Shown: one piece after another, positions 9,532 through 19,077 of the stretch
Numbering within the stretch: the first letter of the stretch is position 1
How the letters are laid out: every line of letters starts with the position of its first letter
The notes under the pieces: model-generated
Told to the model about the DNA's origin: nothing
The model's input: only the letters and a program-made list of their open reading frames with translations
Databases searched by the model: none
Source of the DNA: an uncultured Candidatus Saccharibacteria bacterium
GTDB lineage: Bacteria > Patescibacteriota > Minisyncoccia > Phycocordibacterales > Phycocordibacteraceae
DNA length: 64,000 nt
Direction of reading: 5' to 3'
Assembly: GCA_964546795.1 (NCBI GenBank)
Contig: CAZJKG010000001.1
Coordinates: 61,690 to 125,689, forward strand
Program-made: the position numbers and the translations under genes

Positions 9532-10134
9532 ATGGATAAGATAGACGAACTTGCACAGGCACTTGCCCGCCTTCCCGGCATCGGCCCGAGGCAGGGCAAG
9601 CGTTTTGTGTTTTATCTCCTCGCCGCTCCTGTCGTCGAGCGTGCGAAGCTCGCTGAACTTATTTCCTCATTAGGAAAAGAAGTCCGCCAATGCGCCGACT
9701 GCCTGCGTTTCTATAATGGTTCTATGGCAAGCGCCTGCAATTATTGTTCCGACACGGCGCGCGACGATACACTTCTCATGCTCGTTGAGAAAGACCAGGA
9801 CCTCGCGGCAGTAGAGCGCGCCGGGACGTATCGCGGCCGTTACTTCGTGCTTGGCGGCGTGCTCACCCTTACGGGCAAAGGGGCCATCCGCGAAAAAGAA
9901 TTGCTGAAAATAGTAGAAAAACGTCTGAAGAATAATTTAAAAGAGATTGTTCTCGCGCTCGGGGCGACGAGCGAAGGAGAGCATACCGCCGACCGTGTGC
10001 GCGAACTGCTTGCGCCCTATCGCGATACGGTGAAGATATCAGTGCTCGGCCGCGGCCTTGCGACCGGCAGCGAGCTTGAGTACTCCGACGGCGAAACGCT
10101 CCGCGCCGCCCTCACCAACCGCAAAGAAACTTAA
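9532..10134 (+). CDS. recR: recombination protein RecR
   Basis: MDKIDELAQALARLPGIGPRQGKR (HhH), C4 zinc finger (C..C...C..C), and a Toprim region. Start taken at the internal ATG. Confidence 0.85.
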   Translation: MDKIDELAQALARLPGIGPRQGKRFVFYLLAAPVVERAKLAELISSLGKEVRQCADCLRFYNGSMASACNYCSDTARDDTLLMLVEKDQDLAAVERAGTYRGRYFVLGGVLTLTGKGAIREKELLKIVEKRLKNNLKEIVLALGATSEGEHTADRVRELLAPYRDTVKISVLGRGLATGSELEYSDGETLRAALTNRKET

Positions 10135-10136
10135 TC

Positions 10137-10739
10137 ATGGGGAAACTGATTCTTGTACGACACGGTGAGACAGTAAAAAATGCTGCCGGTAGTATGCACA
10201 CCACCGAAGACCCTGAATTATTAACCGAAACAGGCATCGAACAAATAACGAAAACTGCTGAAAAACTAAAAGAGTTTAATCCTATTAAAATTTACTCTTC
10301 ACAAGAAGCTCGTGCCGTTCAGAGCGGAAAACTTATCGCCGATATTCTAGGCGTTGATTTTGAGACAATAGACGATATGCGGGAAAGAAATTGGGGAGAT
10401 TGGTCCGATAGGTCCTGGTCAGAGGTACAAGAGATTCTGGAACCAATGAATTTGCAAGAACGTTATACGTTTATTCCACCTAGAGGAGAATCATGGGAGC
10501 ACTTTGAAAAGAGATTGATTCAATCCATAAACTCTCTATTGGGGAAGCATTGGAGCGAAACTATCGTTGTAGTTTCGCATGGAGGTGCAATTCGAGCTCT
10601 TATGCCCTATCTGCTTTCCGTACCAAAAGAGGAAAGTTTTAAATATAGTCCAGACAACGCTTCGTTAACCGTTTTCAACATGGAAAACGGAATCGCTAAA
10701 CCAGTAACTCTAAATGATACATCCCATCTGAAAGGTTAG
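10137..10739 (+). CDS. histidine phosphatase family protein (phosphoglycerate mutase-like)
   Basis: LILVRHGET at the N-terminus and SHGG later. AT-richer than neighbouring genes. Confidence 0.65.
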   Translation: MGKLILVRHGETVKNAAGSMHTTEDPELLTETGIEQITKTAEKLKEFNPIKIYSSQEARAVQSGKLIADILGVDFETIDDMRERNWGDWSDRSWSEVQEILEPMNLQERYTFIPPRGESWEHFEKRLIQSINSLLGKHWSETIVVVSHGGAIRALMPYLLSVPKEESFKYSPDNASLTVFNMENGIAKPVTLNDTSHLKG

Positions 10740-12088
10740 CGGCCTTGGACGAACGTCAGTGCCTTACCTTTCTTGTCCGCTCGGCCGGTGCGGCCAATGC
10801 GGTGAATGTAGTCCTCATACGTTGACGGAAGGTCGTAGTTAATGACGTGCGAGACAGCCGGAATATCAAGGCCACGTGCGGCAACATCGGTCGCTACGAG
10901 CACGCTCACCTTCCCTGCCTTAAAGGCCTCTAGGGCGCGTATGCGCGCGCCATGCGTCTTGTTGCCGTGGATGCTTTCCGAGTGAATATGGAGGCGGGAA
11001 AGTGCCTTAGCGAGCTTCTCCACGCCGAACTTGGTGCGGCCGAATACGAGCACGCGGCTGAATTCGCGGTCCTTAAGCATCTCGGAGAGTACCTCAAACT
11101 TGTCCTTCCCGCGCGGAATGCGCACGACGTCCTGGTCAATGCTGCTCGGAGTATCGCGCGTCTTCACCGATATGACGACCGGGCTTGAAAGGAAGTCACC
11201 GATGAGCCGCTCAATGTCTCTCGACATCGTCGCGGAAAAGAAAAGTGTGTGACGCTCTTTGTTCATCTTCCCGAGTATCATGCGCATATCGTCAATGAAA
11301 CCCATATCAAGCATGCGGTCCGCCTCGTCAAGGACGACTGTGCCGAAACCGGAAAGGTCAAGCGCACGGCGTTCCATCAGGTCCTTCAGGCGCCCGGGAG
11401 TGCCGATGACGAATGCCGGATTGTGCCGGAGCTGAGAAATCTGCGGACCGATGTTCGCACCACCTACCGCGACCATGCCGCGGAACCCGAGACCTCTCGC
11501 GAAGCCAGCAAGCTCCTTTTCTATTTGCACCGCAAGCTCACGAGTGGGTGCCATGATGAGCACACGGTCGCCTTTCTGCTTCATGACCTTGTCAATAAGC
11601 GGGATGAGGAATGCTGCCGTCTTCCCCGTCCCGGTCGCGGCAAGGCCGACGACGTCCTGGCCGAGGAGCGCATGCGGAATGGCTTTGTCCTGAATAGGTG
11701 TCGGGGACACATAGTGTCGCACTTCAATATTCTTCTTCAGATGCGCATTAATATCGAAATCGGAAAATGTATGTTCGGGAACGAACACCGGCTCTGAAGT
11801 CGTCACAACCGTCTTGTTCATGAACTTTGATATTTCGGCTTCCGTCTCGCCGAAAGAGCCGAAACCGCGACCTCGTCCGTGCGCCTGCCTGCCGGCAGGC
11901 AGGCGCCCGCCTCCGAAGCGACTCGGCCCACCAAAACCGCCGCGCTGTGGCGGACGTGACGAATACGAACCTTGCCGGCCGGCAGGCGGGCGCTCACCAC
12001 CTTGTGGGCTGCGTGAATGTCCTCCAGACCGCCCGGTTCCATGCGAACTTCCACCTCCTGATTGATGATTCCATCTTCCTACTTGCAT
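10736..12088 (-). CDS. DEAD-box ATP-dependent RNA helicase with N-terminal Gly/Arg-rich region
   Basis: Q-motif/PTPIQ, Walker A GTGKT, DEAD (VLDEADRMLDMGF), SAT and HRIGRTGR motifs. About 85 aa of RGG/GRG repeats precede the core. An alternative start at MNKTV (near 11821) is possible. Confidence 0.85.
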   Translation of the reverse strand: MQVGRWNHQSGGGSSHGTGRSGGHSRSPQGGERPPAGRQGSYSSRPPQRGGFGGPSRFGGGRLPAGRQAHGRGRGFGSFGETEAEISKFMNKTVVTTSEPVFVPEHTFSDFDINAHLKKNIEVRHYVSPTPIQDKAIPHALLGQDVVGLAATGTGKTAAFLIPLIDKVMKQKGDRVLIMAPTRELAVQIEKELAGFARGLGFRGMVAVGGANIGPQISQLRHNPAFVIGTPGRLKDLMERRALDLSGFGTVVLDEADRMLDMGFIDDMRMILGKMNKERHTLFFSATMSRDIERLIGDFLSSPVVISVKTRDTPSSIDQDVVRIPRGKDKFEVLSEMLKDREFSRVLVFGRTKFGVEKLAKALSRLHIHSESIHGNKTHGARIRALEAFKAGKVSVLVATDVAARGLDIPAVSHVINYDLPSTYEDYIHRIGRTGRADKKGKALTFVQGR

Positions 12089-12126
12089 TGTATTTTTAAA
12101 TTAATGTATAGATCGAACGGAGCTTC

Positions 12127-12233
12127 GGAAAAAGCTAGAAGATGCGAGGCACGGGTAAGGCAATCTCTGCAGGCGTACAAAAGTACGACGGAAGAAATTA
12201 CCGGGACCCATAACGAAGCATCTTGAGCTTTTT
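12127..12233 (-). promoter_or_regulatory. long imperfect inverted repeat in the leader of the DEAD-box helicase / downstream of rplU
   Basis: GGAAAAAGCTAGAAGATGCG ... GCATCTTGAGCTTTTT (2 mismatches) separated by ~70 nt. Confidence 0.3.
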
Positions 12234-12238
12234 ACAAG

Positions 12239-12556
12239 CTACGAAATTGAGTCGATTTTGACTTTGAGAAGTGGTTGGCGATGCCCTTTGCGCTTGTAGT
12301 AGCGACTCTTCGGCTTGTACTTCACCACTTCCACTTTCTTTCCCAATCCGGCGAGAACGACAGTGCCCTTGACCTCCGCACCCTTGATAACGGGCGCGCC
12401 GATGGTCGTGTCCGAGCCGTTGTCGACGAGGAGCACCTCGCCAAATACAACCGTGTCACCTTTTTTCAAATCCCCTGGGAGCTTCTCTATAGCGATAGTG
12501 TCGCCCTTAGAGACGACGTACTGCTTCCCACCGGTCTTGATTACGGCCACTTCCAT
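12239..12556 (-). CDS. rplU: 50S ribosomal protein L21
   Basis: MEVAVIKTGGKQYVVSKGD...EKL...GD.V.F..VLLV......GAP resembles the E. coli L21 N-terminus. Start taken at the internal ATG (codon 67). Confidence 0.85.
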   Translation of the reverse strand: MEVAVIKTGGKQYVVSKGDTIAIEKLPGDLKKGDTVVFGEVLLVDNGSDTTIGAPVIKGAEVKGTVVLAGLGKKVEVVKYKPKSRYYKRKGHRQPLLKVKIDSIS

Positions 12557-12638
12557 AGTCCGTGTAATGTAGCACTTTCCTATATAAAAGACAAGGATGC
12601 GGAACGGGTTCCGCATCCTTTGAAGATCAATACTCACT

Positions 12639-12974
12639 TCACTTCCCCTTTTTCCATTTTCTCCACTCATTACGGCGACGTATACGTTCCTTTTTGCTCG
12701 GGCGCGATCCGCTTGGGTCCGGCAGATCTGTCTCAACATCGGTCTCTGATCCACACACCGGGCAGCAGAATGTTTCGAAAGATCTCCCCCCGTAAGTACG
12801 GCTAGTGGTATAGCTAGTCAAATAGAGATCTTCTGCAGTAATCAACAATCTCGCTCCGCACCCAGTTAATTCATTTCCCTTTCCAGTACAGTCGACTTTC
12901 GCACTCCCCGTTTTCGGTTTGCTTCCACGAGATAAAATCTTCATCTCGACCCTCCTTGTTGGTTGACCGGACAA
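12639..12974 (-). CDS. hypothetical Cys-rich (zinc-ribbon-like) protein with basic C-terminal tail
   Basis: C.G.....C ... CCPVCG arrangement and an RRRNEWRKWKKGK tail. Same strand and immediately upstream of rplU. No family recognised. Confidence 0.3.
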   Translation of the reverse strand: MSGQPTRRVEMKILSRGSKPKTGSAKVDCTGKGNELTGCGARLLITAEDLYLTSYTTSRTYGGRSFETFCCPVCGSETDVETDLPDPSGSRPSKKERIRRRNEWRKWKKGK

Positions 12975-12997
12975 TACCGGAAAAGATTCTCGGAGAA

Positions 12998-14062
12998 CTA
13001 TACACTATCTGATGTCGGCTTGTCAAGAAGTTCGGGTTCTCCGCCAGCTGGCGGAGCCGATTTAACGCCAGAGATGCGGTAGACATCTTTATCTATCTTG
13101 CCGAGTTCCTTATAACCCGCGTTGTAGTGGCTGACTGAGGTTCCGAGCGACACTCCAAGCTTGCGGTAGAATTCCTCATAGGCCGCCACATGCTTCCCCA
13201 GTTCCCCTACCCGCTGCTGTATCTCTACCGCCTTTTCTTCTATTTTGAGCGCTTTCAAACCCTGCATCACGGTCTGCAGATACGCGAGGAATGATGTTGG
13301 AGAAACGATGATGACCTTATATTTCCCCGCCGCCCTTTGAATGAGATTCTCGTCTTCTCCGCCTCCTACTTGATTGGTGAGGAGGTCGTAATAGATACCT
13401 TCGGAAGGGATGAACATAAAGGCAAAATCCATCGTGTTTTCTTCAGGCCGAATATACTTCGCTGTCTCAGCGATGCGCATCTTGAGGTCGCTCACGAATG
13501 CTTTCTCGAATGCCGGACGCTCGCTCTCGCTTGCGTGCACGAGACGATTGTAGTTCTCAAGCGAGAATTTGGAATCAATCGGAACTATTTTGTTGCTCAC
13601 GAATACTGCCGCGTCCACTATCTCACCGTTCTTGAACGGATACTGCATTTGGTACATGCCGGGCGGAAGCACATTCTTCAATACCGTTTCCAAATAGTAT
13701 TCGCCGAGGATTCCGCGCTGCTTTGGATTCTTCAGGATATCCTGGAGATTTTGAAGTTGTTCAGCGAATCCTTGTGTCTGGCGACCGATTTCTTTCACCG
13801 ACGTGACTTCCTGCGTGATTTCTTTGATGAGCCGATTAGATTCAGAGAACTGCCGATGGGAACTCTCCTGCATTGCCTTAGACGATTCTGCGACGCGCGC
13901 ATCGAGCGTCCGCGCAAGCTCTTGCATCTGCTGTTGCAGGAGCACCATACCTGCACCATCATCTTTGGGAGTTTCTTCGCGGCGGCGCAATATGAAATAG
14001 AGACCAATGCTTTGCACAACAATCAGGACGAACACGACAATAGCGACGCTGATAATACTCAT
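12998..14062 (-). CDS. rmuC: DNA recombination protein RmuC
   Basis: N-terminal TM helix, a long coiled-coil region, and a conserved RmuC core (NPK.RG..GE..LE..L). Confidence 0.75.
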   Translation of the reverse strand: MSIISVAIVVFVLIVVQSIGLYFILRRREETPKDDGAGMVLLQQQMQELARTLDARVAESSKAMQESSHRQFSESNRLIKEITQEVTSVKEIGRQTQGFAEQLQNLQDILKNPKQRGILGEYYLETVLKNVLPPGMYQMQYPFKNGEIVDAAVFVSNKIVPIDSKFSLENYNRLVHASESERPAFEKAFVSDLKMRIAETAKYIRPEENTMDFAFMFIPSEGIYYDLLTNQVGGGEDENLIQRAAGKYKVIIVSPTSFLAYLQTVMQGLKALKIEEKAVEIQQRVGELGKHVAAYEEFYRKLGVSLGTSVSHYNAGYKELGKIDKDVYRISGVKSAPPAGGEPELLDKPTSDSV

Positions 14063-14181
14063 GGGTGTAGTATACAGTGAACGGCAAATAGGTTGTAGCG
14101 AATAGTTTATGGCAATTCAAATCCAGGAACATGGTATTCTGTATCTACTATTAGCTATACGCTATAAACTATAAGCTGTTT

Positions 14182-14634
14182 ATGATCCACGAGACCCTTA
14201 AGAAATCTATCCCTGATGCACTGCGGGCGCATGACGAAGTACGACTGCGGACGCTCCGTTCGCTCGTGACTGCCATGACGAACGAGGTTGTCGCAAAGAA
14301 ACGCAAACCCGATGAATTCCTTACCGACGATGAGGCCATCGTCGTTGTGAAGCGTGCCGCTAACCAACGCAAGGATTCCATAGAACAGTTTGAAAAGGCA
14401 TCCCGCAACGACCTCGCGGAGCCGGAGAAGGCCGAGCTTGCCATTCTTGAGGCACTCCTCCCTTCCCAGATGAGCCGCGAAGAAATTATGGTCATTGCGA
14501 AAGCGAAAATGGCTGAGCTCGGTGTCTCAACCAAAGCCGATGCTGGCAAATTCACTGGTGCACTCATGAAAGAACTCAAAGGAAAAGCCGACGGCGGTGA
14601 TGTCAAAGCGGTTGTGGATAGCTTGCTTTCTTAA
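14182..14634 (+). CDS. GatB/YqeY domain-containing protein
   Basis: MIHETLKKSIPDALRAHDEVRLRTLR..... is YqeY-like across its whole length. Confidence 0.7.
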   Translation: MIHETLKKSIPDALRAHDEVRLRTLRSLVTAMTNEVVAKKRKPDEFLTDDEAIVVVKRAANQRKDSIEQFEKASRNDLAEPEKAELAILEALLPSQMSREEIMVIAKAKMAELGVSTKADAGKFTGALMKELKGKADGGDVKAVVDSLLS

Positions 14635-14681
14635 CAGAAATGGTGTTTAATATTGGTCGGACTTAACGGGAGACCACTACC

Positions 14682-14921
14682 ATGGAGAAACCTGAAAAAG
14701 TGAAGAGAGCGCAATTGGCCGGCGATAGTGAGGCCTTGAGCCGCATGGGTCGTACAGGAGGGCGACACGCGGACATCTTGAACAAGCTGCACAAAAAAGA
14801 CCGCAAAGAGATCGCTGATGAGATCGTTCGTGAGCAAGCGAAGCTCTATACGCTCTCGCAGGAAGGTGACGTCCTTCCGCCAACCGACATTGATATGCCT
14901 CTCAAGAATAAGCGCGGGTAG
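14682..14921 (+). CDS. hypothetical protein (79 aa)
   Basis: ORF in a gene-sized gap with no family match; codon usage looks typical. Confidence 0.2.
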   Translation: MEKPEKVKRAQLAGDSEALSRMGRTGGRHADILNKLHKKDRKEIADEIVREQAKLYTLSQEGDVLPPTDIDMPLKNKRG

Positions 14922-15052
14922 CCAACTGGCTCCCGCGCAAATCATTTAATACTTCCTTCTACCGTCTTTTTTTGTTATAAAACGAAGACGGCCTCATCGT
15001 CCCCGCCTGCTCCCGACCATCGGGAGGGCGGGCAGGTAACGGCTAGGCACAT

Positions 15053-15292
15053 ATGTATTTTGTTTATGTCTTGAAAAGTATAAAAGATGGAGAGCTCTAT
15101 TATGGTCTTACCGCCAATCTAGAAAATAGATTAGGAGAACATAATAAAGGCCGTGTACAAGCGACAAGAGGTAGAACACCTTTTGATCTTGTATATTTCG
15201 AAACTGTGGCAAATCTGACAGAAGCTAGAAAAAAGGAAAAATACTTCAAAAGCGGTTTTGGAAGAAAGTATATAAAGAACAAGTTAAAATAA
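15053..15292 (+). CDS. GIY-YIG nuclease family protein (UPF0213/YhbQ-like)
   Basis: FVYVLKS.KDGELYYGLT.NLE.RL.EHN, then R and E in the expected positions. AT-rich. Immediately 5' of tRNA-Glu. Confidence 0.6.
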   Translation: MYFVYVLKSIKDGELYYGLTANLENRLGEHNKGRVQATRGRTPFDLVYFETVANLTEARKKEKYFKSGFGRKYIKNKLK

Positions 15293-15299
15293 AGCAGAC

Positions 15300-15371
15300 G
15301 GCCCTATCGTCTAACGGTTAGGACACATCCTTCTCAAGGATGGAATCAGAGTTCGATTCTCTGTAGGGTCA
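15300..15371 (+). tRNA. tRNA-Glu (anticodon CTC)
   Basis: Manual cloverleaf: acceptor GGCCCTA/TAGGGTC (one G-U), D arm GTCT-AACGGTTA-GGAC, anticodon arm CATCC-TTCTCAA-GGATG, T arm CAGAG-TTCGATT-CTCTG. No encoded CCA. Confidence 0.75.
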
Positions 15372-15422
15372 TGATGAGCATGGGAAAGCCCCTTTGAAGT
15401 TATCGCTGGGGCTCATCGTTAG

Positions 15423-15629
15423 TTATTGGTTGGCAGTTTGCCGAAGCTCCTCGATCGGCATTGAACCCCATCCTGAACGCATCGCGAGATCTTGCCGGCT
15501 GGCATCAACTCCATCCCGAACATGTTCAGGCATACCAGGCTTGAAGGGATAGATTTTGTCGAGCATCTGTTCGATGAGTTTTCCCCTTTCCTCCAATTCC
15601 GATTCATCAATGGGATATTGTTGCGCCAT
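15423..15629 (-). CDS. hypothetical protein (68 aa)
   Basis: ORF only. It lies upstream of murF on the same strand and is acidic, with no motif. Confidence 0.2.
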   Translation of the reverse strand: MAQQYPIDESELEERGKLIEQMLDKIYPFKPGMPEHVRDGVDASRQDLAMRSGWGSMPIEELRQTANQ

Positions 15630-15749
15630 ACACTCCTCCTTTCATTTTCGAAAGTGGTATATCGTTGTGCTGCATTCTTGTTTTCTGCAAACACTATTGC
15701 ACAAATCGATATAAAAAGAAAGTTCTAATACATGCTTGTTCTTATAAAA

Positions 15750-17024
15750 TCATGATTTCTGCTTCCAGGCCTTTTCTTGTCGGACGAGCTGTGCCACGTC
15801 CGCCGGATCAGCGAGCAATGCCTCTACGATACGCTCGGTACGAATCGCTTGAGAACCCTTCACAAGAACGACATCGCCCGTGTGGACCAATTCGGAGAGA
15901 GCGACTGCGGCCGCGCGAGCATTATCAAACGACATAATCTTGGCACCCGTATTGACCGTTCCGAATGCCCGGGCGCGAATGCCGACTGTAGCGATGACAT
16001 CGGCCGAATCGTTTGCAAGCGAACTGATACGCTCATGCTCCATTGCCGAATAGCGACCGAGTTCAAGCATATCGCCAAGGACAGCGATAAGGCGATGTGC
16101 GTACGGAAACGTTTTCAAGGTGAGAAGCGCCTCCTCAACCGCCGCAGGCGAAGCATTATACGAATCATCTATGATAATGGACCCGTTCTTGCCAGCAAAG
16201 AGACGGCCGCGGCCAGGCGGCGTTTCGTAGCTCATAAGCGCCTCATGCACTTCCGAAAATGGTATGAGGAAAGCGTGCGCCACTGCAAGCGCGGCCGCAA
16301 TGGGGAGAAGTTGGGTCTTCCCAACCGAGCCGCGCACTATGAAATTCTTATGTTCACTGCCTACATGCATCGTGGCCTGCATGCCGGCGACCTTTCCATT
16401 CTCTTCATAGAAATCAACGTCGCTCATGCGTACACTGGCATCGTTGGCGCTGCCGTACGAGAGAACGCGCGCCGATGTGCGCATTGCCATATCAAGCACA
16501 TATAGATCATCGGCGGGCACGATCAGCGGCGCGGCGGCGGCAAGCGCATATGCGGGAGAAAACTCTTCTTCTCGCACCGCGTCCGGCGAGGCATACGCTT
16601 CAACGTGTACGGGTATCTCGGGAAGTCGCGTGACTACAACCGCATCCGGCGTCGCTATGCGCGCTATGCGAGCAAGATCGCCGGGCCTGTCTGCTCCCAC
16701 TTCAAGCACGAGCATCGTGGGATAGTGGTTGGGCAACAGAAGAAGCGCGAGCGCGTTTTTGGCAAGAAAGAACCATTCAAGAGGATCGTACCAGGGATTC
16801 TTGACTCCGAGGATGGTAAAAGGAACGCCAAATTCACTGTTGAAACTTTTCTCGCTCGCGCGCACAAAAAAACGCCTAGCGAGCACAGCCGCGACAGCGT
16901 CCTTCGTGGAGGTCTTCCCTACCGACCCCGTTACCATCACGATGCGCGGAGCATACCGGCGTACCACGGCGCGCGCGACAAGCGCGAGCATGAAGGCGAC
17001 GATGGACTTCAAGACGTTTTTCAT
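15750..17024 (-). CDS. murF: UDP-N-acetylmuramoyl-tripeptide--D-alanyl-D-alanine ligase
   Basis: Mur ligase ATP-binding motif VTGSVGKTSTKD and a Mur ligase central/C-terminal organisation. Position within the dcw cluster. Confidence 0.8.
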   Translation of the reverse strand: MKNVLKSIVAFMLALVARAVVRRYAPRIVMVTGSVGKTSTKDAVAAVLARRFFVRASEKSFNSEFGVPFTILGVKNPWYDPLEWFFLAKNALALLLLPNHYPTMLVLEVGADRPGDLARIARIATPDAVVVTRLPEIPVHVEAYASPDAVREEEFSPAYALAAAAPLIVPADDLYVLDMAMRTSARVLSYGSANDASVRMSDVDFYEENGKVAGMQATMHVGSEHKNFIVRGSVGKTQLLPIAAALAVAHAFLIPFSEVHEALMSYETPPGRGRLFAGKNGSIIIDDSYNASPAAVEEALLTLKTFPYAHRLIAVLGDMLELGRYSAMEHERISSLANDSADVIATVGIRARAFGTVNTGAKIMSFDNARAAAVALSELVHTGDVVLVKGSQAIRTERIVEALLADPADVAQLVRQEKAWKQKS

Positions 17025-18778
17025 GGTGTTGTTTGCGATGAATGTGTCGAACTCGTGGTCGCAACACCCCTATCAGGAGGCACTGCGTAATAGTTGATGA
17101 GGAAATGGGTGAGGTCCATAAAAGTTGAAGTCAATGTCTCGGAAGCATACTGGACTCCTTGCGGGTCATTCGTGTAAAGAAGAATTATAAACCGTGGCGC
17201 GTAGGAAGGGAAATAACCGAAGAATGAATGGAAATAGCGGTCATCATAATAGCCGCCCTTCCCATTCGTCAGTTGCGCCGTACCGGTCTTCGCGGCAAAT
17301 GTCATATTCGGCATCCGGACGGAACCATGGCCGAGCGCGTAGTCCGCGACATTCGTCAGCATCGTGCTCACTTCCCGCGTCGCCTCTGGATTGAAGACCT
17401 GCACCCGCCCGCTCCAATCAAGCGGACGCATGACGCCTGTATTGAGCTGTATCGCCTGCACGATATGCGGCTCAACCATCGCGCCGCCGTTGGCGAGCGA
17501 GCCGAGCGCGCGGATCATCTGTATCGGCGAGAGCGCGATACCCTGTCCGAACGCGGCGGTATTATAGTAAATCTGCTGGGGCTTCGAGAGATTATTGATA
17601 AGCGCTCTGCCCTCGTTCGGCAAGTCGATGCCGGTTTTCTCTCCGAACAGAGTCGTGAAATAGGTGCGGAAACGGTCCTGTCCGAGCTGCGTCGCTATCC
17701 ACGATGCCCCGACGTTCAGCGATTGAGACAGAATCTGCTGCATCGGCACTATACCGCGCGCTTTGTGGTCAAAGTTACAAATGCTTGCTTTATTGACCGT
17801 AATACAGCCCGTATCGTCATAGGTTGTGTCGGGAGTGATGACACCCGAATCGAGTCCGGAAGCCATGGTGAGCGGCTTCATGATGGAACCGAATTCGTAG
17901 ACATGCTCCACGAGCGGATTCCCCAACATGCTCGGATTAATGTTCTGTAGATCATTCTCGTCATAGGTCGGATAACTTGCGATTGCGAGAATTGCTCCTG
18001 TGGCGGGGTCCATGATAATTCCGCCTGACTCTTTACTTCCGTAACGCTGATTCAGTTTCGCGATGTCTTCGACGAGCCGTATCTCGACTTCGGGCTCGAT
18101 CGTCGTTACGACATCGCCTTCATGCGCGTCCTTCGCAGAAACGAGCAGGTTGCCGACGTTTGAGAAAAGTTCCGCAAAGAAATTTTTATAGAGCGCATCG
18201 CCCGAGCGCACAAGCGTACCGTTGTAGGACGCCTCAAGTCCGGTCTGTCCGATGAGAGCATCGCCCGAACCATACGAAACGATACCTATCGACTGTGCGG
18301 CAAGCGAAGAACCCGGATAATAGCGCCAACGCTCCTTTAATACTTTTACGCCGGAAATGGAGCGGCTTGCGAGTGATTGTCCGCTTTCCTGCGAAAGACG
18401 ATGTGCGACTTCAATATAGACCTGTCCTTTCTTCGCAGCCGCGGCAAGGAATGCTTCATGGGAAATAACAGCGGATGTGACGGCGGTAATCGCACCATAG
18501 GCGGCCTCAGGGTCGGCAAGTATCTGCGGATTTATCGCGACAAGAAAACCGGTCGCTAGAGTCGCGGCGGAAATAAGAGTACCGTCCTTGCGGGTGAAAT
18601 AAATGGAACCGCGATCAAAGAGTCCGCTTCCGCCTGCAGCGAACTGGCGGTCGGCCTTTTGCGCATAATCGTCTCCATACACGATCTGAACGAAATAAAG
18701 GCGCACGAGGATGAGGAGTGCGGCACAAACGACCAAAGCAAGAACGAGGCGGATGCGTGAGCGGAACTGTGCGCGCAT
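17021..18778 (-). CDS. ftsI: penicillin-binding protein (class B transpeptidase, FtsI-like)
   Basis: N-terminal TM, a PBP dimerisation region, and transpeptidase motifs SIMKP (SxxK) and KTGTA. Between ftsL-like and murF. Confidence 0.8.
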   Translation of the reverse strand: MRAQFRSRIRLVLALVVCAALLILVRLYFVQIVYGDDYAQKADRQFAAGGSGLFDRGSIYFTRKDGTLISAATLATGFLVAINPQILADPEAAYGAITAVTSAVISHEAFLAAAAKKGQVYIEVAHRLSQESGQSLASRSISGVKVLKERWRYYPGSSLAAQSIGIVSYGSGDALIGQTGLEASYNGTLVRSGDALYKNFFAELFSNVGNLLVSAKDAHEGDVVTTIEPEVEIRLVEDIAKLNQRYGSKESGGIIMDPATGAILAIASYPTYDENDLQNINPSMLGNPLVEHVYEFGSIMKPLTMASGLDSGVITPDTTYDDTGCITVNKASICNFDHKARGIVPMQQILSQSLNVGASWIATQLGQDRFRTYFTTLFGEKTGIDLPNEGRALINNLSKPQQIYYNTAAFGQGIALSPIQMIRALGSLANGGAMVEPHIVQAIQLNTGVMRPLDWSGRVQVFNPEATREVSTMLTNVADYALGHGSVRMPNMTFAAKTGTAQLTNGKGGYYDDRYFHSFFGYFPSYAPRFIILLYTNDPQGVQYASETLTSTFMDLTHFLINYYAVPPDRGVATTSSTHSSQTTP

Positions 18779-18789
18779 ATGCCTTTACA

Positions 18790-19077
18790 CTAGCGCAATG
18801 TGGCTACATTCTTCGCCGGTACGAACACTTCGACAAGTGGCTTCGCATAGCCCATCGCGGTGTAATTTGTGCCGGTGATATGCGTCATGGTAGTAATGTA
18901 TTGTTTTTCAAGTATGGCAACCACCGCTTCATCGTTCCTGACCGATTGCGAAAATTCAACCGTAAGCGCCGCATAGCTCATGACCACCGCAATGAGCCCA
19001 ATATAGGAGACCGCAAGAACGGCGACCGTGCCGGAACAAAATGACAGGAGAGAGAATGGGAAATGGGAATTATACAT
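18790..19077 (-). CDS. FtsL-like small bitopic membrane protein
   Basis: 95 aa with one TM helix. Sits between rsmH and ftsI, which is the canonical ftsL position. Confidence 0.4.
   Translation of the reverse strand: MYNSHFPFSLLSFCSGTVAVLAVSYIGLIAVVMSYAALTVEFSQSVRNDEAVVAILEKQYITTMTHITGTNYTAMGYAKPLVEVFVPAKNVATLR

Noticed and set aside
11249-11797. 182-aa plus-strand ORF inside the DEAD-box helicase gene
   Set aside because: It is antisense to conserved helicase motifs. This is typical shadow-ORF behaviour in GC-rich genes.
12275-12805. 176-aa plus-strand ORF overlapping rplU
   Set aside because: It is antisense to the L21 ribosomal protein gene and has no motif.
15777-16505. 242-aa plus-strand ORF antisense to murF
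   Set aside because: It is a shadow ORF inside a gene with strong Mur-ligase motifs.
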